DNA from: Octopus vulgaris | Taxonomy: Eukaryota | Length of the DNA stretch: 64,000 nt | Direction: 5' to 3' | NCBI GenBank assembly: GCA_951406725.2 | Contig: OX597814.1 | Location: forward strand, 72,478,001-72,542,000 | Part shown: piece after piece, positions 52,740-64,000 of the stretch | How positions within the stretch are numbered: position 1 is the stretch's first letter | Layout of the letters: every line of letters starts with the position of its first letter | The notes under the pieces: generated by a model | Seen by the model: only the letters and a program-made list of their open reading frames with translations | The model's database searches: none | What the model was told of the DNA's origin: nothing | Program-made: the position numbers and the translations under genes

Positions 52740-55700
52740 AATTTACTGTTTTGGTCGTCGAGACCACTTCTTTTCTGCTGTTACAGCAGAATTTTGCTGT
52801 CCTTTCCCCCTTGTTTTAAGGAGAAAACTGCTAGAAACATGAATACGTCACCAATTTCTTCATGTTCGAGGAAAACTTTGAAATTTTGTATCAAGGCATA
52901 GAGAGGAGTATTAGGGAGGAGAGCGGTAAAGATATAGAGGCGTTGCACGTGCTCGCTACAAAGGCAGACAATAAAATGTCTAGTGAGGCTACACAAGCAG
53001 AAAAGTCTAGAGTTAATTTTGCGCGTGCAGCAACTTGCTCCAGTGAAAATATTGAAATAAGCAAGGATGATTAAAAAAAATATCAAAGTTTACTACAAAA
53101 GGAAGGTGAAAATGTAAACTTGCTCCCTCCCAGTGAATTAATCAACATGATGGAGAGAAAAACACTAATATAACCATGTCAAAAATAGAAAAAGTGATGA
53201 GGGAAGCCATAGAGAAATGCTTGAGGCCGATATGGCAACAAACAAGGAGTAGTCGCTTCAGCACTGTAGAGGTACGTTACCCTAGCAAAGAAAAAGCCAG
53301 GGAACATTCGACAATGACATTGAAGTCGGAAGAGGTCTCCTGCCTACTTACTTAGGAAGGAGAACTTCAAAAGTCAGGGTCAGTGATATACCACCTGAAA
53401 TAGATGTGGCCTGGCTGGTAGCCACTAACCTCATGGGCAGAGAGGAAAAAAATTACCATTCTACAGACGAAGAGATACCACCACATGAACTGGGTCAGAC
53501 AAGCCTTAGAGCTTGTTTAAGCAAACCCCATCGATTTAGAAGAAATGCTCAGCTCAAAACCAAAGTCCTAATAAGTAGGAAGGCAGGCAAACCACAAATC
53601 CCTTCAGGTAGATGGCCCTGCTTGATCTGAAGTAGAGGCGTAGGTAGAAACTCTATAAGATGTACCCAGTGTAAGCTATGGATACATAAGAGGTGCAGCA
53701 ATGTCAAAGGAAGGCTAACTAGGAAGATAGTTTTTGTATGTGGCAGATGCTCGGGAGCAATAAACACTGAAAATGCGCAGAGACCAACTTCCACCACATT
53801 CCAGGGAGAAAAACTAGAAGTGGTTGATAGCTTCTGTTGCCTAGGTGACCAAGTCAGTAGCGGAGGAGGGTGCACTGAAAATGTAGCTGCTAGAATAAGA
53901 ATAGCTTGGGCAAAGTTCAGAGAGCTCTTACCTCTGCTGGTGACAAGGGGTCTCTCGCTTAGAGTAAAAGGTAAACTGTATGACGCTTGTGTATGAACAG
54001 CCATGCTACATAGCAGTGAAACATGGGCTGTGACTGCTGAGGACATGCGTAAGCTCACAAGGAATGAAGCCAGTATGATCTGATGGATGTGTAATGTCAG
54101 TGTTCATACTCGACAGAGTGTAAGTACCTTGAGAGAAAAGTTGGACCTAAGAAGCATTAGATGTGGTATGCAAGTAAGACGACTGCGCTGGTATGGTCAT
54201 GTGGCGAGAATGGATGAGGTTAGCTGTTTGAAAAAGTGCCACACCCTGGCAGTTGAGGGAACTTGTGGAAGAGGTAGACCCAGGAAGACCTGGGATGAAG
54301 TGGTGAAGCGCGACCTTTGAACATTAGGCTTCACCAAGGAAATGACTAGCGATTGAGCCTTTTGGAAATATTCTGTGGTTGAGAAGACCTGGCAAGCCAA
54401 GTGAGACCATAGCCTGTGACCTATGCCAGGAGCATAACCAGCCCACTTATGCGTACCTTTTCCTTCTTTGGTCACTAAACTCTGCTTGCGAAGACCTGTT
54501 AAGGCAAGTGAAACCAAAATCAAATTCGACGACTGGCATCTGTGCTAGCGGAGTGCAAAGAGTACCATACGAGGGTGATCGTTGACAGAGTGGCTAACCG
54601 GCTTCCGTGCCAGTAGCACATAAAAGGGCACCGTTCGAGTGTGATCGTTACCAGCGTCACCTTACTGGCACCTGTGCTGGTGGCATGTGTAAAAAAATTT
54701 GAGCAAGGTCATTGCCAGTACCGCCTGACTGGCCCTGTGCCGGTGGCACATAAAAAGCACCCACTACACTCTCGGAGTGGTTGGCGTTAGGAAGGGCATC
54801 CAGCTGTAGAAACTCTGTCAGATCAAGATTGGAACCTCGTGCAGATGTCTGGTTTGCCAGCCCTCAGTCAAAATTGTCCAACCCATGTTAGCATGGAAGG
54901 CGGACGTGAAACGATGATGATGATGATGATGAATTATAATTGGGGAAGATACCAGCCTGATGGTGGTGGTTGAGGGGCAAAAGCCGAAGTGCTGTAAATG
55001 TGGCGAGAAAGGCCACATAAGGTCAAACTGTAAGAAGAAAGACACAGTCAAAGGAAACACAGCGGAAAAGGCAAGCATGCCACTGAAGGCAACGACCACA
55101 CTGCTAGAAATACCAGCCACATCACGTGCACAAAGTACCAAAGTATAGCTGACAGCGCGAGAAAACAACAACCAGGAGTGGGTCACCATGATACCTTCAA
55201 AAATAAGATGGAAATGAAAAGACTCCCATCTTCGGATATACAGGACTATGCTCCGAGAGTTACAAGCACACCCACAGCTGCAAACACACACATAGCCAAA
55301 AAACACACACACTGGAAAAAGCACACACAAACACACAGACACCTACCACAAGCACACACACACACACCTACAAACACCCATGCATCTACAAACACACACA
55401 CAAGCACACACACACACACACACCCTTCCACAATCACCTAATAAAAAAAAGAGAAACAACTTCACGGTAATAAACAAAAATAACAAACTCTTAAGAGACC
55501 AAATCCTTTTAATGAAGTCAGCAAAAAAATATATCGCAACAGATTTACATAGTACAATTCTTGCAAATGTTGAATTTTATACCAACGACAACACAGACTA
55601 TTTTGAACTAAAAGAATCTTTTGTAGAGGACATCGGCCCGATACAGATGAACTTTTTGAGCCATCTGTACAGGCAATTCTCTAAAAAAATGACCTCGCAA

Positions 55701-58500
55701 ACCTTACAGACTGAAAAGAGGAGGGATGTAGTTGTAATTACTGAATCGAGACTGAGTGGGCTTCAGCCTTTTTCACCCCTTCTAAATGGCTACGGGAAAT
55801 ACGTCTCTCCCTACCGACTGGGAGGAGGCAGAGGAGTGGCAGTGCTAGTCAGGAAAAACCTGGATTTAGAGATTAGAACTGCCTTTATAGATCCAGAAGG
55901 TAGGTTGGTCGTTTTGGATGTGATGCACAGCAGTGATAAAGTTTAGGCTGGATGCTGTCTATGCTCCCTGCAAAGGAAAAGTCGGACAGAACGATTACTT
56001 CAAAAGCCTAGAAAATTTTCTAGGCACGTTGAACACGTTAATATTGCTAGGCGACTTCAACACAATTTGCGATGCACACGTAGATTATGTTGGCTCGAGA
56101 AAGAATAGGAGGGGATACCCTTACCTCAACGATCTGCTAAGTTGTTTCGAGTTGGCAGATCGATTCAGACTGGACCACCCAGACATTCCAGCATGGACCT
56201 GGGCAAGAAACGATGAGTCGTCCAGATCTTACATAGATAGAATCATTACTAGAAGGAAAGATAAGAAAATACTTAGCTGTCCACAACACCATATCGTCAG
56301 CTACAGTGACCACAAATTAGTGACCTGTACCTAGATAGCATGTGTAGACTAGGTACCGGTTACTGGAAGCTAAACAAGTCGCTATTGGACTGTGAAGCCT
56401 ACAGGAAGCGGATTAGACAGTAATGAGGGCGTTATCTAGATCCATTATCTACAACAAATGGTGGTATGCCCTGAAAGGAGCCATCAAATTTTAGTCGATT
56501 AGGTTTAGCAAAGAATTAGCTAGTGCTAGAAACAAAGTAGAAAAGGAACTAGTTAAGGCATTAGATGAGGCGATGAGGTCAGGCGGTGCATCGAAAGTGT
56601 TAGTGGCGAGGTTGGCACTTGACCAACATCTCAAAGCTAAACACGAAGGGTGCATTCTCAGGGTTAAGATCTGTGCAATGACACAGGAAAGGATCAACGT
56701 GGCCGAATGGGCCCGGGTGGTAGAAGGCCAGCGTGGCAACAGCTCAGCCATTCGATCTTTGATGGACCACATGGTCGATCAGTAAACGAACCCGAGGAGA
56801 TGTGGAAGATGTTTCACGATCATTTTGTCCAGCTATTCAGGAGGAGTGGTGGACTGGTGCACGGGGAGAAGCTCGCAGACGTCCTGGCCAGTTCGCCGCA
56901 TCTCTCGGGGCTGGATGCAGAATCTTGTGAAGCGCCAATCACAGCCAAGGAGGTCGAGGATGTGTTGGCAAACTGCGACAGGGACAAATTGCCAGGACTC
57001 AATGGTTTTCCTTACAAACTCTATAGTAGCATACCAGACTTGTTTGGGCACCTACTTGCATGCATGTACATCAATTGGCAGCAGAATGGAAGAATTCCCA
57101 AGTCTGTGAGCCGAGGGGTGGTAGCGCTGTTAAGAAAGGACCCAAACAAGAGGGATTTAATTGATAATTTTTGGCCCATCACTCTGCTTAATGCAAAGTT
57201 GAAGATTTTGGCCAAGGTTTTAGCAAAAAGGTTGGTGCGGGTCATGGGTGAACTTGTTGGCAAGGTGCAAACTTGCACCATCCCTGGCAGGACCATGCGC
57301 AACAATATCCACTTTCTACACAATGCCTTAGAAAGGGTAAATAGGATTCCCAGCAAGGGTGGGGCTATGGTCCATTTAGACCAATTGAAAGCATTCAATA
57401 GGGTAGACCATTAGTATCTGGCGGCGGTTGGCTTCAGCCTGACCTTTCGTGGATGGATCAATACTTTATGCAGCAACATCGAGTCGGTAGTTCGAGTGAA
57501 CAGTTACTTTTCGGAGCTGTTCTGCATTGAACGTTCGGTATGTCAAGGGTGCCCTCTCTTCCCGCTTCTCTACATTTTGGCCCTCGAACCATTGCTGAGG
57601 AGGTTGGAAGCTATAAAGGGCGCTCTGCAAGATCTAGAGTGCGGAATGTCAACTTGGCATATGTGGATGACATCACTCTCATCGTATCCTGGGTCAAGCA
57701 CCTACAATGGGTAGGTGAAGCCTTAAGGGATTACGAAGCAGTGGCAGGAGCGAAAATCAACCGGGATAAATCGGTCAGCTTGCAACTTGGCACCTGGAGG
57801 GGCAAGTTGATGCCTTCCGACAGCATGGTGGGACGTTGGACGGAAGGGCTGGTGAAAATGCTTGGAGTCTGGTTAGGTCCAGATCTCCAGATAGAGAAGA
57901 ATTGGAGCAAGGTGGCAAGCAAGGTAGCTCTCCTAACTCAGACCTGGTCTGAGGAGAGGCTGTCCTTGAAAGGGATGGCGGATGTTGCAGAGGTGTTTAT
58001 TGCCTTTGTAAACACTTACTGCCTGACCATTTTGCCTTGCCCTGATTCGTGGCTGAACAAGCTGGAATGCATGCTCTTTCGCTTTCTATCTGCTGCCAAA
58101 AACCGCTGAAGGGTGGGCTAGGGATGTCGTGGCTAAAAATGCACAGACATGCACTCAGGCTTAGGTACCTCTGGCTTTACATGGATGGTGAGCAGGTGTG
58201 GTCTCCGTTCGTCAAGCTGTTATTTCCACAGTTCACATTGTTTACCAAACTGAACCCGTGGATCAAGTGTAGACCGAGGTTGAGCGTGTGGCATGCAGAG
58301 TGCCATCAGGCACTTGTGTTTCTCTCCCAGTCTGGCAATGCCAGTTGCAGGGGTTCTACCTCGTTCTTCTATAGAGGGTTAATAGAGTTTAAGTGTAACA
58401 ACGTCCTGGGAGAAACCCTAGGCTTTGACGAAGATCAACTGGCCAACCTGTTCCAAAGAACATTCGGGCTGGGGCCTATGGATAATTACTAAAAGTCCCT
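52740..58500 (+). mobile_element. Decayed Tx1/L1-clade LINE (ORF1 CCHC, APE, RT), interrupted by RTE and cut off by Tc1
   Basis: ORF1 CCKCGEKGHIRSNC. APE ITESRL...GVAVLV...VYAP...LGDFN...SYIDRI...SDH. RT PGLNGFP...WPITLLN...DQLKAFNRVDH...QGCPLFP...AYVDD...GGLG. Confidence 0.92.
53550..54931 (+). mobile_element. RTE-clade LINE 3' part nested in Tx1 ORF1
   Basis: Highly similar to 24755-25660, with a longer 3' UTR and a (GAT)n tail ending near 54931. Confidence 0.92.
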
Positions 58501-58504
58501 AGCC

Positions 58505-59510
58505 TTCGCTTTACATAACATTCATGAGATATCCCCTGGCATTCACTATAGGGTTTAAGGTTGGGCCTTCTTGCAGGCCATGGCATGACTTCAACCCCAA
58601 TTGAATGGAGGAAATCCAATGTTGCCTTTGCTTTATGAATAGGATCATTGTCCTGTCGAAATATGAAGTTCTCGCTATGGAGCCTTCTTCCTTCTTCATC
58701 AGTGTGAGTCCTGTCCAACATATTGATGTATCATGCAGCATCTGTAATGACAGCATCAATGATGACAAGATCGGTAGATATTGGTCCCCACACCATAAGC
58801 CCTCCTCTACTGTTCTGCCACTTGGAAAAAGTAGAACTTTGTATACTTTTATCTGTCCAGTAATACTTATAACCTTTGGGGCCATCCAACTTCCATCTTT
58901 TCTCATCAGGTGGAAATCATGATTCAAAATCATTCTTCTTACAGTGGATGTTGAGGTTCTTACTCCTGCTGATGTCTTGATTTTAGAAACAGAAGAACAG
59001 TGTGACTTCTTCACAATTCTGACAATGGCTCTTTTTGATGTAGCCTTGGGATGTCCACTAACATAAATCCTGTTGTAGCTGTTAGGATCTTTCAGAAAAT
59101 TGTCCATTGGTGTTTTGCTTTGGTGAATCTTCTCAGCAATCTTCCAGTTACTCATTCCTTCCACTTTCAGTGCAAGAATCTTCCCTTGTTCAATTTTGGA
59201 AAACTTTGCAGCTTTAGGCATACTGGAAATTTATCTGGATCACAAAGAATACTACTGAATTGAATATTTTCCGAAACAATGAAAGAAATGAAAATGTATT
59301 AGTGGCTTTATGGTTTTGAAGTGTTGATATGCTAGGAAAAATTGGAAAATCAGGTGTTGTAATGTGATAATAAAGGTACAGGTTTTACATTTCAAAGTAT
59401 TCATGAAATACCCATTTACAATATATTATGCCGCTTAGTCCACTTAAATACAGAGCTAGATTTCTAAATAACTTAAAAAGACATGTGGATTTATAGTTTT
59501 GAATAGTAGT
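58505..59510 (-). mobile_element. Tc1-family transposon, decayed transposase
   Basis: MPKAAKFSKIEQGKI...SNWKIA (HTH), SDEKRWKLDGPKGY, IFRQDNDPIH...WPARRPNLKP (DD34E-like). The 5' end abuts (TA)n; the 3' end is missing. Confidence 0.88.
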
Positions 59511-59596
59511 TTATATATATATATATATATATTGATAAAACGGTAAGATAACAAAAGAAAGAAAGAGACCTCAATATTATGTAAATAGAGGAAATT

Positions 59597-59829
59597 TATC
59601 TATACAATATGTTACATTACTCGGTAGTCAAGATAAAACTCTGAGTTTCAGATGCCGAAGTGGAAATCCACAACACCATCTCTTCGGTTATCTGGCTATT
59701 TGAAAACGTTTTCATAACGTTTTCAAATAGCCAGATAACCGAAGAGATGGTGTTGTGGATTTCCACTTCGGCATCTGAAACTCAGAGTTTTATCTTGACT
59801 ACCGAGTAATGTAACATATTGTATAGATA
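59597..59829. repeat. Perfect palindrome, 114-bp arms, 5-nt loop
   Basis: 59597-59710 is the exact reverse complement of 59716-59829 on manual comparison. The loop is TTCAT. Confidence 0.95.
59734..59794 (+). ncRNA. Hammerhead motif (mirror copy 59632-59692 on -)
   Basis: GATAA-CCGAAGA-GATG...CATC-T-GAAA-CTC-A-GAG-TT-TTATC. 5-bp stem I, U4C core variant, GUU triplet. Confidence 0.7.
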
Positions 59830-59863
59830 TATATATATATATATATATTTATTATATAGAAGG

Positions 59864-59914
59864 AGCTTCTACAGGACTAGTACTGTTTCATTCAAGAGAA
59901 ATCTTCAGGAAGCT
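59864..59914 (-). ncRNA. Type I hammerhead ribozyme motif, canonical core
   Basis: Minus strand: AGCTTC-CTGAAGA-T-TTC-TCTT-GAA-T-GAAA-CAG-TACTAGTC-CTG-TA-GAAGCT. 6-bp stem I, GUA triplet. Confidence 0.85.
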
Positions 59915-60182
59915 ATTTAACAAGAATTGTATTAGCATTTATACATTTAGGCAGGTTTAAAGGAGTGGTGGTGGGGGACTTTTTGGGGGTAGGCATAGCG
60001 CAAAATATCATACTTGGGGGAGTGGTCAAGGAGTCAGTGGTAAGTTAGATGAAAGAATAGATAAATAAAAAAATAAAATAAAATAAAATAAAAAAATAAA
60101 AAAATAAAAAATAAAAAATATATATATATATATATATTGAGTACCTTACTTACTGTGGTTAACCCCGAATCAACCCGGGACC

Positions 60183-60239
<57 letters not shown>

Positions 60240-61022
60240 AGAGACAGAGAGAGATCTGTATTTTCTGTCTTTCTTTACTTTTCAGTGATTGCATGGGTTG
60301 GGCATGTCCTCCCTAATACAGTATCTTGCCATTCTTGTGCTCCTTTATCATTTTTTTTAATATGGGCATCCTGAGATTAGCTTTCACTACTTTTGCCTGT
60401 CTTCCTTGATATTTCTCTTCCACTTTGATCTCCTAGCACTTCATTAGCCATCTGTTATCATCCATTCATATTTCATGTTTACCAACACAGCTGTTATCTA
60501 ATTTCCCTTTTACCCATTCTATTTTCAGTCATCTGTACCATAATGCATGTGCATACTATTACATATCTGGCATTATATGCTGGTTTCAATTTTTTTGCAA
60601 TTTTTGTGCATCTTCTGTATTCAGTGCCCACATCTCACTACCATGAAACATTGCATATCGTATATGAACAACATTCAGTCTACCATTTGTTCGAAGAGAG
60701 AATTCTCTTTTTATCAACAAAGATAATCTTATCCTGAGTGTTTTTGTGTTGTGTACGTTTTCTGGCTACTATACTTTTGATATATCTTCCTTCCCAACTC
60801 ATTAGATTGCCTTGGTGGAAGAAGCTATCTATTATTTCTATGGATCCATCCGTGAATTGAAAAAGAATTTATTGTACCAGTGCTCTGATTACTAGCTACT
60901 CTTGTACACCAGCCACATATTTATATTAAACAATTTAAAAAATTGAATTATAATCTTTTTTAATATATTTCTCAAAATATGCCAAGTTCCTTGATATCTG
61001 GTTATATACTTATATTTTCTAG

Positions 61023-61278
61023 ATCCTGAAATGAATGATTACCTTCGTAACTACTTTGGTGCTGCAGCCACTACAGTTGACAAAGATTTTTATATAATGG
61101 GTGGCTATAATGGTGTGGAAAGTGGGAAATTAATGAGAATAAATCTTCCTGATGATACGTGCACCCTTATATATGACTATGAGACTTGTAAGAGTACTGA
61201 TGGCTGTTCTGCATGTAAGTTAGAAACTGTATACAACTTGACATACTGTGTTTCTACTGAAGGTAGATTTCCTGATAT
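61023..61278 (+). CDS. MEGF8: MEGF8-like internal exon E (last Kelch repeat + PSI-like Cys-rich start)
   Basis: ttttctAG acceptor, phase 1 start, AT|GTAAGT donor. FYIMGGYNGVESGKLMRINLPDDTC...C...GCSAC resembles MEGF8 LYISGGFGG..LGRLL.LTLP.DPC. A possible alternative donor lies after 61262. Confidence 0.9.
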
Positions 61279-62639
61279 GTAAGTATAAATTTTTATTTTT
61301 TCATAACAAAATAATTTTGAAGATTGCTTTTTTATGTATATATATTTCTAATTTCGATGCTCTAAACCCTAAGCATATTTAGCAGGATACTAGCATGACA
61401 TTACATCAAACTCAGTGGTGTGAAGATGGCTATGTAGTATTCATCTAAATCTAAGTTGTATGATAGTATTCTGTCATAAAAAGAAGATTAGACTCCATAC
61501 AATAATAAATAGAATTTATTTGGGAAAGATGATGCAAACACAGCTTTTCATAAAATGTAAGAAATCAAATATTAACATGTTGTGGATCCTTTTTGAATAA
61601 CAAGTAAACACTAACTAGTTGTGAGACAAAATTGCAAGGGTATCAGAAACATATGTGTGGTGTCGTGTGTGAGGCTTAGACAGAAAACATATTCAGTTCA
61701 TAGCTTGGACTTACAAGTTTATAGCAGGTGTCAATGAAATTGGTAACATGACAGGCCAATGATGAGTAAGCTGTGACGGTAGAGTTAGCTGCTGAACAAT
61801 TTGCCATGATAATGCAAGATATAATGATAGCTGTTGAATATTCGTTGTGGAAATGAAGGTGGTCTCCAATCTGCTAGGCAAGCATCATTAGAACAATGGT
61901 AGCCACATATGTCTATGGCCCAAAACAAGAGTCCAGACAGCTGAAAAAACTGCTATTTATGTGTGGCCTGGTGCTTGATTTTCCCACCAGGGAGTGGGGA
62001 AATGATTTGTTGTAGGGACATGACTGGATAGTTGTACTTGACCAACCAGCTCACTCAATCACCAGATCATATGATAGCTGAATGAGGAGGTTTTGTATAA
62101 TCTAATTGAAAACATTTAATATTAAATAACTGAGGCTCTGGTAACTGCTTCTGGTAATGCCTCTAGTAACTACTTCTGCTACACATTCTGCTAAATGTGT
62201 TTATTTTACTTGGTTTTGCCTTTTTGTAACCTTATATTGTTGCATATCTTAAACATTTTCAAAGTTCACTCACAACAAAAAGTAAATCGGCTAGGCCTTC
62301 ATCTCCGCATACTGAATAAATATTGAAAAGATGCATTTAAGAAATTATTATGATTAGTTATTTAAAAATATACAAATATAAATTACTGAAGCTGATTTTT
62401 TTGTTATTAAAATGGAACATTTCTTGACAGTTATTTCTAAGAGAAATTTCTGATCTCTGAAATAAAAATACATTTTGAAATTTTCAATGTATATATATAA
62501 AAAAAGATAATAAAAGCCACTTGAAAATTGTACTTAGTTGACAAACTGGCTTTAGAAAACACGATAAAAATTTTGAAATCAGAAGTAAACAGTATACATA
62601 AATGTGTGTTGAAACATTAAATTAACAGTAAATAATCGT

Positions 62640-64000
62640 ACAACTTTAGAAGTTCATCTACATGTCACTCCTTCACATTTCCACTAATTTTCATTTCAAA
62701 ATTTGTAACCTTGAGCTTTCATCAAGCATTCATTAGCTTCAAAATTCTCCATAAGGACAAGATCTTTCATTTTAAATTCGTATGGATGATGTGTATCTTG
62801 TTTCAGTAGGTAAATTCTGTTTGCATATATAAACCTCATTCAATCAGGCTCCATTGCTTCAGTTATTGCTTTCACAGCTTGATTTCCAATTCTTATGTGT
62901 TTTTTGTTCTGGTCATTGTTTGCCAATTTTTGTAATGACTCTCTTTCAGTCATACTAAGGATTTTTACTTTTCCAAGTTCATTGAGAATTTCTTGCTTTG
63001 TTTGTTCTATCTGATCATTATGCATATAAGTAAAAGTATTCTCATCCATATTGTTAATTTTGTATTTCAGTTTGAACCTTCTCTCTTGTATTTCTGATAC
63101 AATATTTTTGTGAAATTTCTTCCAATGACACTTTAGATACTAAGTTTTGTGGTTTCTCTTTTGTCACGTATTTATTTTCATCCCTATTTGATACTAATAA
63201 CCACAAACCTTTTTCTGTTTTCTTCATCATTTCATTTAACTCTGCATTTGTTTGTTACTTGTTTCTGGGAATCTCTCTTCTTACATTTGCAAGTTTGTTT
63301 TCATCCATGTTTAGTCTCATTTCTGGATTTCTTTCCATCCATGCCCTAACAGAATTTACTGTGTGCTTTGATTATGGTTTGCCCAATGAGTGTTAGAATC
63401 TGTATATCACTTCTTTATACTCTGATCCATTTGTTATATTGAGATTTTTGTCTTCCTTGTTCTGCTGTACTTGGGGACTTGGGTTGAGATTAATCTTGTT
63501 GAAGTCTGTATTTAAGTTTGTATTTGGAGAAGAGCTTGTTTTAGTTGCTAACCTTTCACTCTTCAGCTGATTTCTCTGAGGGATTGGCTCTTCTTGAACT
63601 GGGTGACAACCAATCCAGTACACGTTTTCCTCTGTAGACATTGCATTTTTTTTTTGTTATGCATTTATTTAAATCCTTTACTATCAAGGGGTAATTTTGT
63701 CCACGATACTGTAGCAAAAGCTTGATAACTCATGACCTTTAGCTACCCACATTGTGGCATTTTACTTTTAGCTACCTATTTTTGGTTCATCATGTGATGG
63801 TCCAGTCCATTTAGCTTTACTTGAACTGTTCACCCCTTAACGTGATGGACTAGCCTAGTGTCCCTATGTCAGCTTTTTAACGGATGAATTTTCAAGCTAA
63901 TTCCTTATGGGGATGAGTTTGCTATGAGCGAGTTTTGGATCTTCAATAGTGGGAGCAGTGTATTCACTTTGCAGTTTCAGCAATAACAGAATTATAACTA
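62640..64000 (-). mobile_element. Possible 5' part of a decayed RLE (R4/Dong-like) LINE
   Basis: Broken K/E/N-rich minus-strand frames (...SMTERESLQKL...IGNQAVKAI...FIYA) downstream of a UTR-like segment. No catalytic motif seen. Confidence 0.3.

Noticed and set aside
61560-62140. Possible very old LINE RT remnant on the - strand
   Set aside because: The motifs are too degenerate to support a call.

Overview
AT-rich, microsatellite-rich eukaryotic DNA. The SINE, RTE and Penelope repertoire suggests a cephalopod such as Octopus; this is inferred, not proven. Five phase-compatible GT-AG exons on the + strand (1001-1151, 1670-1853, 18078-18244, 44183-44327, 61023-61278) encode Kelch repeats followed by a PSI-like Cys-rich segment, matching the second Kelch propeller of MEGF8. 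The rest is intron packed with decayed mobile elements: Gypsy, Helitron, several Penelope-like elements (PLEs), RTE, CR1/L2-group, Tx1/L1, R4/Dong-like and HERO-like RLE LINEs, Tc1/mariner, piggyBac-like, and tRNA-derived SINEs. The most notable signal is non-coding. About ten hammerhead-ribozyme (HHR) motifs sit in PLE pseudo-LTR fragments, often inside (TA)n tracts and often as fold-back inversions, one a perfect 114-bp-arm palindrome. Well-formed HHRs are mostly antisense to the host gene, while sense copies are mutated or sequestered. A CpG-rich higher-order repeat array (34.0-36.5 kb) is unexplained. All calls were made by eye; element boundaries are approximate unless stated.
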